Shown: positions 44,964 through 54,593 of the stretch, one piece after another
Numbering within the stretch: the stretch's first letter is position 1
How the letters are laid out: every line of letters begins with the position of its first letter
DNA from: Eubacteriales bacterium
GTDB lineage: Bacteria > Bacillota > Clostridia > Oscillospirales > CAG-272
Length of the DNA: 64,000 nucleotides
Direction: 5' to 3'
Assembly (NCBI GenBank): GCA_045578385.1
Contig: JAZNKD010000048.1
Coordinates: 5,656-69,655, forward strand
Program-made: the position numbers and the translations under genes
Notes under the pieces: model-generated
What the model was told of the DNA's origin: nothing
What the model saw: the letters and a program-made list of their open reading frames with translations, nothing else
The model's database searches: none

Positions 44964-47441
44964 TTATTTTGCTCGTCTGGATTTTGAGCAGGTGAAGTAA
45001 AATATCTGCCTGCTTTCCGAAAGCTTTTTCAATACCACCGTGGCTTTCTCTACGTGCCTGTCGTCGAAAGCTATAAACGGGTCGTCAAGAATAAGCGGCG
45101 GGAGAGATTCCTCGTATAGAGCATCTATCAAAGAAAGACGTACTGCAAGAGCGTGAAGATCGCGAGTGCCGCGGCTGTACGCCTCTGCCTGCCTTGATTT
45201 TCCAAGCTCTGTTTTGCTAACTGTAAAATTGGTATCCATTGTAAAATCACCGCACTCCTCGTCTATAAGCGTGACGTATTTTTGGAAGCCTCGGCGTGTT
45301 TTCTCAAGGTATTTCGCGGTCATACTGTCTCTTGCAGATGCGAGAATATCTTTAGCCTTATTGATCACCCAAAGATTGTCAAGATATATATCGACAGTTT
45401 CGCTCTTTTCGCAAAGCTTTTCTTCTAGCTCTTCGATTTTTTCAATTTCGGAGAGCGAAGCGTTGTAGTCTAAAATGAGCTTTGACTTTTCGCGTTCGGC
45501 AGCGATAAGCTCCTCGTCAACGGTGAGAAGAAGCTCTTTAAAGTTTGTATCCGAAGAAATATATTCGGGAGCTTTTGCCGCGGGCGAAGTAATACCGTGA
45601 AGCGCAGCAAACCTTTCTGCATCCGTTCTGCGTCTTGAAAGAGAAGAACGGAGAACGTCAAACTCGGCAAGATTTCTTCTGATTTCGGAAATAGGATCAG
45701 AGCTTACCGTATTAAATAAAGAAAGGAAGGAATTGATGTATTCGTGGAGCTTTTTGATTTTTTCTCTGTCTGCACCGCGCTCACCGTCGCGCTCGCGCTC
45801 ATATTCGAGCAGCAGCATATATCTGTGATACTTTCTCGAGATGTCGATAGCTGCATCTTCAAGTGTGAAAGCTGATGATTTTGGGAATTTCGAGAGATAG
45901 TTTCGTATTTCGCGCTCCTCTCTATCTATTGCGGATTCGAGAATAGTAATTTGCTCGGAACTTAATTTTTCGGCGGATTTTGCAGCAAGATATCTGTCAA
46001 GCTCGGAGCGCATAGAAATAAGTACAGAAAGAATATTGCTGTCCGCAAGGGGCCTGCCGTAAACGTAATCTATAAATTTAACAGCCTTGGTTTCTATATC
46101 GTTTTTTGAAGCAATATTTGTTCTGAATAGAGTAAAAATGCCAACAACTATTAGCAAAGCTCCCGGAATTGCAGACGCATAGCAAACTATTGGTGATAAG
46201 CTTTTGCCGAGCGTAAGACTGAAAATCAGAAGAAGCGCGCCGATAATGCCAATTAACAATCCCACGCCTTTATAGGATTTCGATTTCGCTCCCAAGGCAC
46301 CGATAGCCATGGTATGCTTATCAATATCGCTGTACGAAGGCTCGTTTGCAAACGGAGATTTTACTTCCTTTTCGCATTCTTTTTTTGAAAAGAGAAGATT
46401 TTTATCCTCGTTAAGCCTTCTCGCTTTCGAGCACATTGCTTCGCATTCTTCCGAGGTGGTTCCGGCAGAGAAAAATTCGGCTAATTCGCCAAGCTCGCGA
46501 TTTTCCGAAATCGAGGCAAGATTTCGTTCTATGCGTTTAAGCTCGGATATGCTTTCTGCAACCGAAGCAATTTCCGCGCTTGAGGGAAGCTTCTTTTCAA
46601 AAAATCCGAGAAGCTCGTTTTCACGTTTTTCGTCTATTTTCAGCGCGCCGAGCATTTCGGAATACTGTATTTCATAGCTGCGTTTTTCTTTTGCCATCAT
46701 TTCGCGCCGCTGTTCTTCAAGTATTCGTTCCTTTTTCGCTTTTATAGCGTTGATTCTTTCCGTAACCAGAGAAGCTTCCTGATTAATTGAAGAAAGAGAA
46801 TCTTTTTTCGCCTTAAGCCTTGTAAGCTCGTCTTCAATCTCGCTGATATCTCGTCTTGCATCGGCTATTTCCCCCGCGCCGCCTTTCTTCTGATAAAAAC
46901 GGCGTCTGTCCTCAAGAAGCTTTATGGCATCGTCAAATCCGCCGATATCACCCTCGGTACCTACAAGATTTGAGAGCTTTGCGGATATTGTAGGGTTGGT
47001 ATTTTTTCCTGACAAATTCTTTTCGGAAAGAAAGACCGTTCGCTCGAATCCATCTGCGTCAATACCGAAAATTGCTTCTCCTATAGGGTCGGAAAAATCG
47101 TACGAGATGCTACCCGTGTCAAGATTGTATAAGGCGAACGTGTCGTCGGAAAGCTTTGAGCCGAACGTTCGTTCCACTCTGTAGCTTTTATTTTCTACAG
47201 TGAATGAAAGCCAACCGCCGAACGCGCCGCCCTGCCAAGGAGTATACTTCTTTCGGTCGTTCTCATCAAGGCTGTGCCTGCGTGTATCATCAAAGCCGTA
47301 AAGCATTGTTTTAATGAACACGGTAAGGGTTGTTTTGCCAAAACCGTTATCCTCAACAAAGTGATTTAACCCATCGGTAAAGCTCTTTTTGTATTTTGAG
47401 AGCTTACCGAAATTTTCGATGTATAATTCATTTATTATCAT
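44964..47441 (-). CDS. SMC-like AAA ATPase of the SbcC / YhaN (SbcE) type with a central two-helix membrane hairpin
   Basis: N-terminal Walker A is EDNGFGKTT. Long coiled-coil regions are present. aa 392-439 form two hydrophobic helices (GVGLLIGIIGALLLIFSLTLG and IVCYASAIPGALLIVVGIFTLF). The C-terminus has the signature/Walker B region (SRGTRDLHALAVRLSL...PPLILDDPF). 825 aa. Confidence 0.75.
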   Translation of the reverse strand: MIINELYIENFGKLSKYKKSFTDGLNHFVEDNGFGKTTLTVFIKTMLYGFDDTRRHSLDENDRKKYTPWQGGAFGGWLSFTVENKSYRVERTFGSKLSDDTFALYNLDTGSISYDFSDPIGEAIFGIDADGFERTVFLSEKNLSGKNTNPTISAKLSNLVGTEGDIGGFDDAIKLLEDRRRFYQKKGGAGEIADARRDISEIEDELTRLKAKKDSLSSINQEASLVTERINAIKAKKERILEEQRREMMAKEKRSYEIQYSEMLGALKIDEKRENELLGFFEKKLPSSAEIASVAESISELKRIERNLASISENRELGELAEFFSAGTTSEECEAMCSKARRLNEDKNLLFSKKECEKEVKSPFANEPSYSDIDKHTMAIGALGAKSKSYKGVGLLIGIIGALLLIFSLTLGKSLSPIVCYASAIPGALLIVVGIFTLFRTNIASKNDIETKAVKFIDYVYGRPLADSNILSVLISMRSELDRYLAAKSAEKLSSEQITILESAIDREEREIRNYLSKFPKSSAFTLEDAAIDISRKYHRYMLLLEYERERDGERGADREKIKKLHEYINSFLSLFNTVSSDPISEIRRNLAEFDVLRSSLSRRRTDAERFAALHGITSPAAKAPEYISSDTNFKELLLTVDEELIAAEREKSKLILDYNASLSEIEKIEELEEKLCEKSETVDIYLDNLWVINKAKDILASARDSMTAKYLEKTRRGFQKYVTLIDEECGDFTMDTNFTVSKTELGKSRQAEAYSRGTRDLHALAVRLSLIDALYEESLPPLILDDPFIAFDDRHVEKATVVLKKLSESRQIFYFTCSKSRRAK

Positions 47442-47453
47442 ATAAGCTCCCCC

Positions 47454-48524
47454 TTATTCGTCAAACGCTTCTCCGGCAAGGGCGGAGAGCCCACAGTGGA
47501 TTATCTTTTCTTTTTGCTCGTCGGTGAGATTTTTGTCGGCGAGGCAGATTCTTATAAATTCACCCTTAAGAGATTTATCAAACAAGTAATCCTCGGCTCT
47601 CGTTAATAGCTTTGATGAATCTTTGATTTCAAAGTAGTAAAATTTTTCAGAGAACCTGTCGGTAAGAAACGCTTTGTCGCATCTCAGCTCAAGCTCTCTT
47701 TCGCCGATAAAGTTAACACGGATAAGGTTATCGGAGTGAATATTTGCCGTAGCTTCGGAAATTCTGCGTTCAACGTCCACGGTTCTTAGCGCCCCCGTGA
47801 CGTCGACGTCGACTGTATATAGGCGTCTTTTTGCGAACGGGATAAATTTATGCCTTACCCCACCCTCGTCACAGTGTATAAGCGAAAAGCCCATATCTCC
47901 CGTCTCGTCAAAGCCGCGTCCCTCGGGAGTTCCCGAATATACGGCAACTCCGCGTTTATCAATCACGCGTTGAGCGTAAGTGTGATAATGTCCGAGTGCC
48001 ATATAATCAATATTTCTGCCCGACGCATCCGAAAGACCTATAACACCGTTTTCGGAAGATTTATCTCTCAGCTCACCGTGGAGAACTACGATATTCCGGT
48101 CATAAACGGAGAGCGAAAGCGTTTCAAACATATCTGCTGAGGTTTCGCTTCTTCCTGCTACCGTTACGTTGCCGAGCTTATAATAAGTCCACTCCTTACC
48201 GAAGAAAAGCAGATTTTTGGGCATTTGCTCACCCGAAGTAAAGATAGCGTCTCTTTCGTGGTTTCCCGGCAAATAGAAAAAGGTGATATTTTCAGCCCGT
48301 TCCATTATAGCAAGAAGCGAGTCAAGCTCGCGGCGTGTTATTTTTTCTGTGTCAAAAAGGTCTCCTGCTATGATAACGGCGCTGACTCCCTCTTTCATAC
48401 CCTCACTGCACATACGTAAAAAGTTCTGCGTCAGCTCCCGACGTCTTGATGCAATTTTCGATGAAGGGAGCCTCGTTGTAAGCTTTGAAGCTAGATGTAT
48501 ATCCGAAGTATGTATTATCTTCAT
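47454..48524 (-). CDS. Metallophosphoesterase, SbcD / YhaO (SbcF)-like nuclease subunit
   Basis: Calcineurin-like motifs: HTSDIHL, IIAGDLFD, LPGNHE and VVLHGE...GHYH. 356 aa. Confidence 0.8.
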   Translation of the reverse strand: MKIIHTSDIHLASKLTTRLPSSKIASRRRELTQNFLRMCSEGMKEGVSAVIIAGDLFDTEKITRRELDSLLAIMERAENITFFYLPGNHERDAIFTSGEQMPKNLLFFGKEWTYYKLGNVTVAGRSETSADMFETLSLSVYDRNIVVLHGELRDKSSENGVIGLSDASGRNIDYMALGHYHTYAQRVIDKRGVAVYSGTPEGRGFDETGDMGFSLIHCDEGGVRHKFIPFAKRRLYTVDVDVTGALRTVDVERRISEATANIHSDNLIRVNFIGERELELRCDKAFLTDRFSEKFYYFEIKDSSKLLTRAEDYLFDKSLKGEFIRICLADKNLTDEQKEKIIHCGLSALAGEAFDE

Positions 48525-49342
48525 CTTTTTTCGTCCTTTCTGTAGTCCGTCGGGGTGATTTTATATTTTGCCGAAAACACTTTTGAAAAATAAGATTGAT
48601 CGGCAAATCCGCATTCTAGCGCGACTTGGTTTATTGTTTTATCGTCGTTCTCGAGCATCTTTTTTGCCCGTTCAAGACGCATATTCGTCATATATGAATT
48701 TATTGTAGTTGAAAATTCTTTTTTGAAAGAGGAGAGAACCGTGGATTTTGAATATCCTATAGCATCGCAAATATCCTTTATGGTGATACGGGCGGTGTAG
48801 TTTTCGCTTATGTATTTCATAGCAAGCTGCCCCACTGTAGCCTTTGAGCCTGTGAGCGCGTTAGAAAGCGTAAGATAACTTGCACAAATAGTCATAATCT
48901 TAACGTACGACTCTATCATATTATGTTTAACAGCGGGAATTTCAGCGCAAATTTCCCGCGCCTCTAAATCTCTTTTGCCCAGCTTTGACAGAGTTAAAAG
49001 CATAGGATCTATGCCCTCGCCGTCGACGCGTATCTGCCCCATCATAAGAAAACCCGTCAATGCTCCGAAACTGTATAACGGACTGACGGCTTCAACAAGA
49101 TTATTATGGCATTTGTAAATTATAGGCTCGCCCGTTTTAAGCACTTGTTCGCAAGCCTTTTTGTCGCAAGCACGGCAGAGCTCGTATTCACGATCGCTCA
49201 TACTTTGAATATAACTGCAAAACCTGATCTTCTTCTCGGGATATGCGGTGATTTCTTCAAAGTTTGTATTATGAATCGAGACTCTGAAAGAGGATATCGT
49301 ATAAAGCTCCTTGAGCATGGACGTTATTTTTTCTTTATTCAT
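48521..49342 (-). CDS. AraC-family transcriptional regulator with an N-terminal PocR sensory domain
   Basis: PocR-like Cys-rich region: FCSYIQS...CRACDKKACEQ...YKCHNNLVEAV. The C-terminus has the AraC HTH pair (...INQVALECGFADQSYFSKVFSAKYKITPTDYR). Its stop overlaps the start of the downstream nuclease gene. Confidence 0.8.
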   Translation of the reverse strand: MNKEKITSMLKELYTISSFRVSIHNTNFEEITAYPEKKIRFCSYIQSMSDREYELCRACDKKACEQVLKTGEPIIYKCHNNLVEAVSPLYSFGALTGFLMMGQIRVDGEGIDPMLLTLSKLGKRDLEAREICAEIPAVKHNMIESYVKIMTICASYLTLSNALTGSKATVGQLAMKYISENYTARITIKDICDAIGYSKSTVLSSFKKEFSTTINSYMTNMRLERAKKMLENDDKTINQVALECGFADQSYFSKVFSAKYKITPTDYRKDEKR

Positions 49343-49640
49343 AATTACTTATGACGTCTCCGTAAATCAGAATCTATTTGTAAAAAAATGGATAAAATGT
49401 ACTATTCTACAAAATATTATACTATTTTCCATTGTAATTGTCAATATAATATTTTAAAATTATAAAGTAAACTTTAAATAAAAACCGAAAACGTAAGATA
49501 ACGCATACGACCCGTTATAAGCAGAACTTTGATAGATGCAGAACACAGTTCAAGCTTGTTTCAGATATGGAAGCAAGCTTTGATTAAATGGTTGAAATTG
49601 CAAATAAATATGCTCAAAAATAACTTTAAAGAGGTGTTCA

Positions 49641-50402
49641 ATGAAGATTTTTTGTTCAAAGACTAAAGAAGAAGCAGGACTTAAAGCTGCAAAAAGCTTT
49701 GCGGAAGTATTAAAAAACAAGCCCGATGCCGTGCTTGGACTTGCAACGGGCTCATCACCTGAGCCTATGTACCTCTCTCTTTCAAAAATGTATGAAAACG
49801 GTGAGGTATCCTTTGCGAAAGCTAAGAGCGTGAACCTTGACGAATACGTAGGACTTTCGGCAGAACACGACCAGAGCTACGCGTACTTTATGAGAAAGCA
49901 CCTTTTTGATAAGGTTGATATTGACCTTGCAAATACGAATCTTCCGAACGGTCTGGCAACTGATGCTGACGCTGAGTGCGCGCGTTACAATGCGCTTTTT
50001 GATACCTTGGGCGGCACAGACCTTCAGGTTCTCGGAATAGGTCTTAACGGACATATCGGTTTTAACGAGCCGTCCGATGAATTTACGAAGGGCACGAACG
50101 CTGTAAAGCTTACCGAGTCAACTATAAAAGCAAACTCGAGATTCTTTGAATCAGAGAGCGACGTTCCTACTATGGCACTATCTATGGGAATCGGTCAGAT
50201 ACTTCGCAGCAAAAAGATAATCCTTCTTGCAAACGGCAAAGCAAAAGCAGAAATTCTCGAAGCTGCCCTTTTCGGAAAGGTTACCCCGAGAGTTCCTGCA
50301 TCTATTCTTCAGTTTGCCGAAAACGTTGAGGTTTATGCCGACGAGGATGCGCTTTCCGTTATAATTGAAAGGCACGGAAAGGACGTTGTCGTAGCCGACT
50401 GA
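49641..50402 (+). CDS. nagB: Glucosamine-6-phosphate deaminase
   Basis: LGLATGSSP, NLDEY and LGIGLNGHIGFNEP motifs. 253 aa. Confidence 0.9.
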   Translation: MKIFCSKTKEEAGLKAAKSFAEVLKNKPDAVLGLATGSSPEPMYLSLSKMYENGEVSFAKAKSVNLDEYVGLSAEHDQSYAYFMRKHLFDKVDIDLANTNLPNGLATDADAECARYNALFDTLGGTDLQVLGIGLNGHIGFNEPSDEFTKGTNAVKLTESTIKANSRFFESESDVPTMALSMGIGQILRSKKIILLANGKAKAEILEAALFGKVTPRVPASILQFAENVEVYADEDALSVIIERHGKDVVVAD

Positions 50403-50457
50403 TATCGGTTAAGACTCGTTTGATATTGATTCAAGGTTAGAGGGTAAATTTTATAAG

Positions 50458-50604
50458 TTATCCGCTTATAACACCGATTATAAGAAACAGAATGAGAAGC
50501 GCGGAGAGTGCTATAACGATAATATTAGCTCCTTTTTCGGTGAGCTTTATCCCATCGTAGATAGTTTTTTTACCTGGCTGTTTTTCGTTTTTGTTTTCTG
50601 TCAT
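50458..50604 (-). CDS. Candidate small membrane protein (48 aa), absent from the ORF track
   Basis: MTENKNEKQPGKKTIYDGIKLTEKGANIIVIALSALLILFLIIGVISG has a charged N-terminus followed by one TM helix. A weak RBS ggtga lies 8 nt upstream. Confidence 0.35.
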   Translation of the reverse strand: MTENKNEKQPGKKTIYDGIKLTEKGANIIVIALSALLILFLIIGVISG

Positions 50605-50622
50605 TTTGTTCATCACCCGTAT

Positions 50623-50665
50623 AAGCGGCTGTTGCGAATCTGATTTCGGACAGCCGCTTTTTTAT
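50623..50665 (+). terminator. Rho-independent terminator (plus-strand polarity)
   Basis: aagcggctg-(19 nt)-cagccgctt is followed by tttttt. Confidence 0.65.
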
Positions 50666-50724
50666 ATTATTCAAACTTTTTTTTATGCTTTTTAATAATT
50701 TTTTCGTTTTAGGCATAAAGCTCC

Positions 50725-51840
50725 TTATTTTTTTGCCAGATATTTTCTCATATCAATAGCGCAGGCAAGAAGAATTATCAATCCCTTTATGATATAAAGC
50801 AAATTCTGATCTACGGAGAGGAAATTCAAGCCGACGAAAATTATTTGCAAAAGCAGAACGCCAACTACTATACCGCTTATTCTACCCGTACCGCCAACGA
50901 ATGAAACTCCGCCTATAACGCAGGCGGCAATAGCGTCGCTTTCGTAGTTAAGTCCTGTATACGATGCCGCAGAGCCTATTCGCGCGCCCTCTATAAATCC
51001 CGTTATGGCGTACATTATTCCCGCGAGCACGAATACTCCTATAACCGTGAGAAAGACGTTAACGCCCGAAACGTTTGCGGCTTCCTCGTTAGAGCCGGTA
51101 GCAAACATATTTTTGCCAAAGGTTGTTTTGTTCCATATTACCCACATAACAGCGGTGAGAATTACCGAATAAAGAACGTATTTCGGAACGGCAATACCGC
51201 TTATTTTGAAAAGCGGACCCGCTATAAAATCGAGATATTTTCCGTCAAGACCGGATAAGGTCTGACCGCCGTTAGACCCTATCTGAAGAAAAAGAAGAAT
51301 CAGGCCGTAAATAATAAGCTGCGTTGAGAGGGTAACGATAAATGGGTGCAGCTTAAATTTTGCGACGAAAAATCCGTTTACAAATCCTATTGCCGCGCCG
51401 ACCAGAATGACAGTCAGAATTACTACGGGAATAGGCAGGGGATTAAGATTTGGAAAAATTTTTGCGGAATATCCCGCGCTTTGTAAGAGCGCCGCCGTAA
51501 TGCAGGCGGTAAGTCCTACCGCGCGTCCTGCGGAAATATCCGTACCCGTGAGAACTATAGCTCCCGCAATTCCGAGTGCTATTGGCAGTCTTGCGGCTGT
51601 CAGAGATATGATATTTATAATAGAAGCGGTTGATAAAAATCTCGGCTTCATTATTGCAATAATGATAACTGCAAGGGTTATCATTATAAACATAGCGTTA
51701 TTTAGCAGGGTATCGGTTATCTTTTTCCGCTTATCGTCACGGGATAGGGAAGCGAAGGATTGAAACTTATCCTTTACGTTATTTCCCATACCGTGAAATG
51801 CACCCGCAATTTTTTCTCGGTAGCTTTTCTTTTCTTCCAT
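50725..51840 (-). CDS. mglC: Sugar ABC transporter permease (MglC-like)
   Basis: 371 aa, polytopic, of the branched-sugar permease family (BPD_transp_2-like). It is the last gene of the mglBAC-type operon. Confidence 0.75.
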   Translation of the reverse strand: MEEKKSYREKIAGAFHGMGNNVKDKFQSFASLSRDDKRKKITDTLLNNAMFIMITLAVIIIAIMKPRFLSTASIINIISLTAARLPIALGIAGAIVLTGTDISAGRAVGLTACITAALLQSAGYSAKIFPNLNPLPIPVVILTVILVGAAIGFVNGFFVAKFKLHPFIVTLSTQLIIYGLILLFLQIGSNGGQTLSGLDGKYLDFIAGPLFKISGIAVPKYVLYSVILTAVMWVIWNKTTFGKNMFATGSNEEAANVSGVNVFLTVIGVFVLAGIMYAITGFIEGARIGSAASYTGLNYESDAIAACVIGGVSFVGGTGRISGIVVGVLLLQIIFVGLNFLSVDQNLLYIIKGLIILLACAIDMRKYLAKK

Positions 51841-51867
51841 ATGAACTCCTGATATTATTTACTGAAC

Positions 51868-53367
51868 TCAGACGTATTTCGTTGCAAGATTCATTATTTC
51901 TTCCTGAGAAGCGGTGGGCTCTACCGTTCCTGCGAGCTTTCCTCCGGACATTACCATAATCCTGTCGCATAGGCCGATAAGCTCGGGCATTTCCGAGGAG
52001 ACCAGGATAACTCCGCAGCCCTTTTCCGCCAAGTCCCCGATAAGCTGATATATTTCGTATTTTGCGCCTACGTCAATACCTCTTGTAGGTTCGTCGAGCA
52101 AAAGTACGGTAGGCTCGCAAAGAAGCCACCTTGCGAATATTACCTTTTGCTGATTTCCGCCCGAGAGCGAGCGTATTTTCGTATCCTCATTAGGAGTTTT
52201 TATATTCAGCCTTTTTATATATTCGACGGTCTTTTCGCTCATTAGCTTTTTTGAAAGAAACGGTCCCCGTAAGAAGCCTTTGAGGGAAGATATAACCGTG
52301 TTTTCTCTTATACCGAGTATTCCGAATATACCTGCCGAGCGTCTTTCCTCAGTGACGAATGCGAAACCGTTTGAGATAGCTTCTCTCGGATTCCTGTTAT
52401 ATATTTCTTCTCCGTCAAGATAGAGCTTTCCGCTCTTTCTCGTTGCAGTACCGAAAATATTTTCGAGAAGCTCGGTTCTTCCCGCGCCGTCAAGGCCCGA
52501 AATTCCGAGTATTTCACCGCGATGAAGGGTAAAGGAAACGTCCTCAAGATGAGAGTATTCTGCAGTTATGCCATTTGCCTCGAAAAGCGGCTTGCCGATG
52601 CTTTTCTCTCTTTTCGGGTACCTCTCGGTAAGCTCTCTGCCTACCATAAGACGTATAATTTCATCGGTGGTGATGCTTTTTGCGTCCTTTGTAGCTATAT
52701 GCTTTCCGTCTCGCATAACGGTAACCTCGTCGGATATACGCAGGATTTCTTCCATCTTATGCGATATATATACGATACCGCAGCCGTCCGACTTGAGCTT
52801 TTCTATGATACGGAAAAGGTTTTCCGCTTCCTCTCCGTTAAGCGATGAGGTGGGCTCGTCGAATACAATAACCTTTGCGTTATACGATACTGCTTTGGCT
52901 ATCTCTATCATTTGTCTTTCGGATACCGACATTTTTTCCATTTTCATTTCGGGGTCGGTATTAATACCTAAGGAGTTTAAAATATCCTTGGTTTTTTTAA
53001 TCATTTCCCTTGTGTTTACAAACGGAAGCGAGTCTACGTATTTCGGAAATCTGCCGAGCCACATATTTTCGGCAACGGTAAGCTTTAACGCCTGATTCAG
53101 CTCCTGATGCACCATCGCTACCCCGTGTGTCAGGGCATCCTTTGAGTTTTTAAATTCCACCGATTTGCCCTCAAGATATATTTCGCCGGAGTCTTTTACG
53201 TAAACTCCGAAAAGGCATTTCATAAGCGTGGATTTACCAGCACCGTTTTCGCCCATAAGAGCGTGAGTCGTGCCGCTCTTTAATTCAAAGGATACCCCGT
53301 CAAGCGCTCGCACACCGGGGAAATATTTGCTTATATTCTCCATTCGGAGAAGCGGCTCATTTTTCAT
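51868..53367 (-). CDS. mglA: Sugar ABC transporter ATP-binding protein, duplicated ATPase (MglA-like)
   Basis: Two NBDs are present. The first has GENGAGKST ... MSVSERQMIEIAKA ... IVFDEPTS. The second has LSGGNQQKV ... LLLDEPTRGIDVGAK. 499 aa. Confidence 0.85.
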   Translation of the reverse strand: MKNEPLLRMENISKYFPGVRALDGVSFELKSGTTHALMGENGAGKSTLMKCLFGVYVKDSGEIYLEGKSVEFKNSKDALTHGVAMVHQELNQALKLTVAENMWLGRFPKYVDSLPFVNTREMIKKTKDILNSLGINTDPEMKMEKMSVSERQMIEIAKAVSYNAKVIVFDEPTSSLNGEEAENLFRIIEKLKSDGCGIVYISHKMEEILRISDEVTVMRDGKHIATKDAKSITTDEIIRLMVGRELTERYPKREKSIGKPLFEANGITAEYSHLEDVSFTLHRGEILGISGLDGAGRTELLENIFGTATRKSGKLYLDGEEIYNRNPREAISNGFAFVTEERRSAGIFGILGIRENTVISSLKGFLRGPFLSKKLMSEKTVEYIKRLNIKTPNEDTKIRSLSGGNQQKVIFARWLLCEPTVLLLDEPTRGIDVGAKYEIYQLIGDLAEKGCGVILVSSEMPELIGLCDRIMVMSGGKLAGTVEPTASQEEIMNLATKYV

Positions 53368-54436
53368 TACCGTCAGTGTTATCTCCCGTATATGCGGAGT
53401 AGGGAATATTGACTCTCCAATCTCCGACTACGTTATCCTTATCTATATTTTCAAAATGCGATTTCGCGCTTAACATATTCTGTGCAATTTTTACGATAAC
53501 GTCTGCCATTCCCTCGGCATCCTGCTTTATCGTTCCTGCCATAGAACCGTCCTTAATCTTGGAAACTGCGCCCTCGGTTGCGTCAATTCCGAATACGGGG
53601 ATAGTCTTTCCGCCGGATTTGTTGTATCCTATTTCCTGAAGCGCAGCGATTGCTCCAAGTGCCATTTCGTCGTTGTTTGCAATAATTAGCTCTACCATAT
53701 TGCCGCCCTTTTCGCTATATGCGGAAAGAATGGTTTTCATATAGTCGTTTGCCGCCTGAGCAGACCAGTTTCCGCCCTGGTCGACGAGGTATTTTCCGCT
53801 GTTTTTAGCATCGTAGAAAACGAGCTTCGGTTTACCCGCTGCGCTAAGAATTTTATCTGCATCCTCAACGCCGAATTTTGTACGCGCCTCGGCTTCTGCG
53901 TTACCCTGCTGTCCTTTGAACATAACGTAAGAAATCTTCCCATCGCCGTTGAGGTCATAGGCATTATAATTCTTTAATATATAATTTCCTATAAGCTCGC
54001 CCTGCATATGACCTGCCATTTCATAATCCGTGCCGATAAATACGCATTTATCGTAGCTTGAAATGACTTCTTCACTGACAGAACGGTTAAAGAAAATAAC
54101 GGGAATATCATTAGCCTTCGCCTTGTTTATTACGGTTTTTGCAGCGTCGTCCGAGCCGGTATCAACTATGTTGACTATAAGAATACGAGAGCCCTTGGCT
54201 ATAGCGGTGTCTATCTGCTCCGTTTGTGTAGTCTGATTGCTGTTTGCATCGTAGTTGTTGTAATTGAGGCCTGCAGATTTCAGCATTTTGTCGATAGAGG
54301 AGCGCACGGTGGAAATATAGGTGTCGCTGTAAGTGTAGTAGAATACGGAAACCTCACCGTCACCCTTATCGCCGCAGGATGTAAGGCATAGCGTCAAAGA
54401 AGCAAAAATTAATAGTAGACAAATGATTTTTTTCAT
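53357..54436 (-). CDS. mglB: Galactose/glucose-type periplasmic-binding lipoprotein (MglB-like)
   Basis: The ATG at 54436 lies 6 nt after gggaga. Lipobox: LTSCGD. The pattern ...NSNQTTQTEQIDTAIAKGSRILIVNIVD...NDIPVIFFNRS parallels E. coli MglB, as recalled from memory. Confidence 0.75.
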   Translation of the reverse strand: MKKIICLLLIFASLTLCLTSCGDKGDGEVSVFYYTYSDTYISTVRSSIDKMLKSAGLNYNNYDANSNQTTQTEQIDTAIAKGSRILIVNIVDTGSDDAAKTVINKAKANDIPVIFFNRSVSEEVISSYDKCVFIGTDYEMAGHMQGELIGNYILKNYNAYDLNGDGKISYVMFKGQQGNAEAEARTKFGVEDADKILSAAGKPKLVFYDAKNSGKYLVDQGGNWSAQAANDYMKTILSAYSEKGGNMVELIIANNDEMALGAIAALQEIGYNKSGGKTIPVFGIDATEGAVSKIKDGSMAGTIKQDAEGMADVIVKIAQNMLSAKSHFENIDKDNVVGDWRVNIPYSAYTGDNTDGNEK

Positions 54437-54533
54437 TTTCAATCTCCCTTCAGCCGATATTTAAATCAAAGCAAGAAGCTTTTTGGCTAACAGTATTTTT
54501 TTCAAACTTTTCGTGTTTTATTCAACTCGTCGC

Positions 54534-54562
54534 TTGCAAATGGTGCAATTATGTGATAAAAT
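54534..54562 (+). promoter_or_regulatory. Sigma-A-type promoter candidate (TTGCAA-17-TAAAAT)
   Basis: ttgcaa at 54534-54539, a 17-nt spacer, then taaaat at 54557-54562. It lies upstream of the GTG-initiated FAD protein gene. Confidence 0.45.
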
Positions 54563-54593
54563 AGATTAAAAAACGAAAAAAGGGGGCGAAGCG

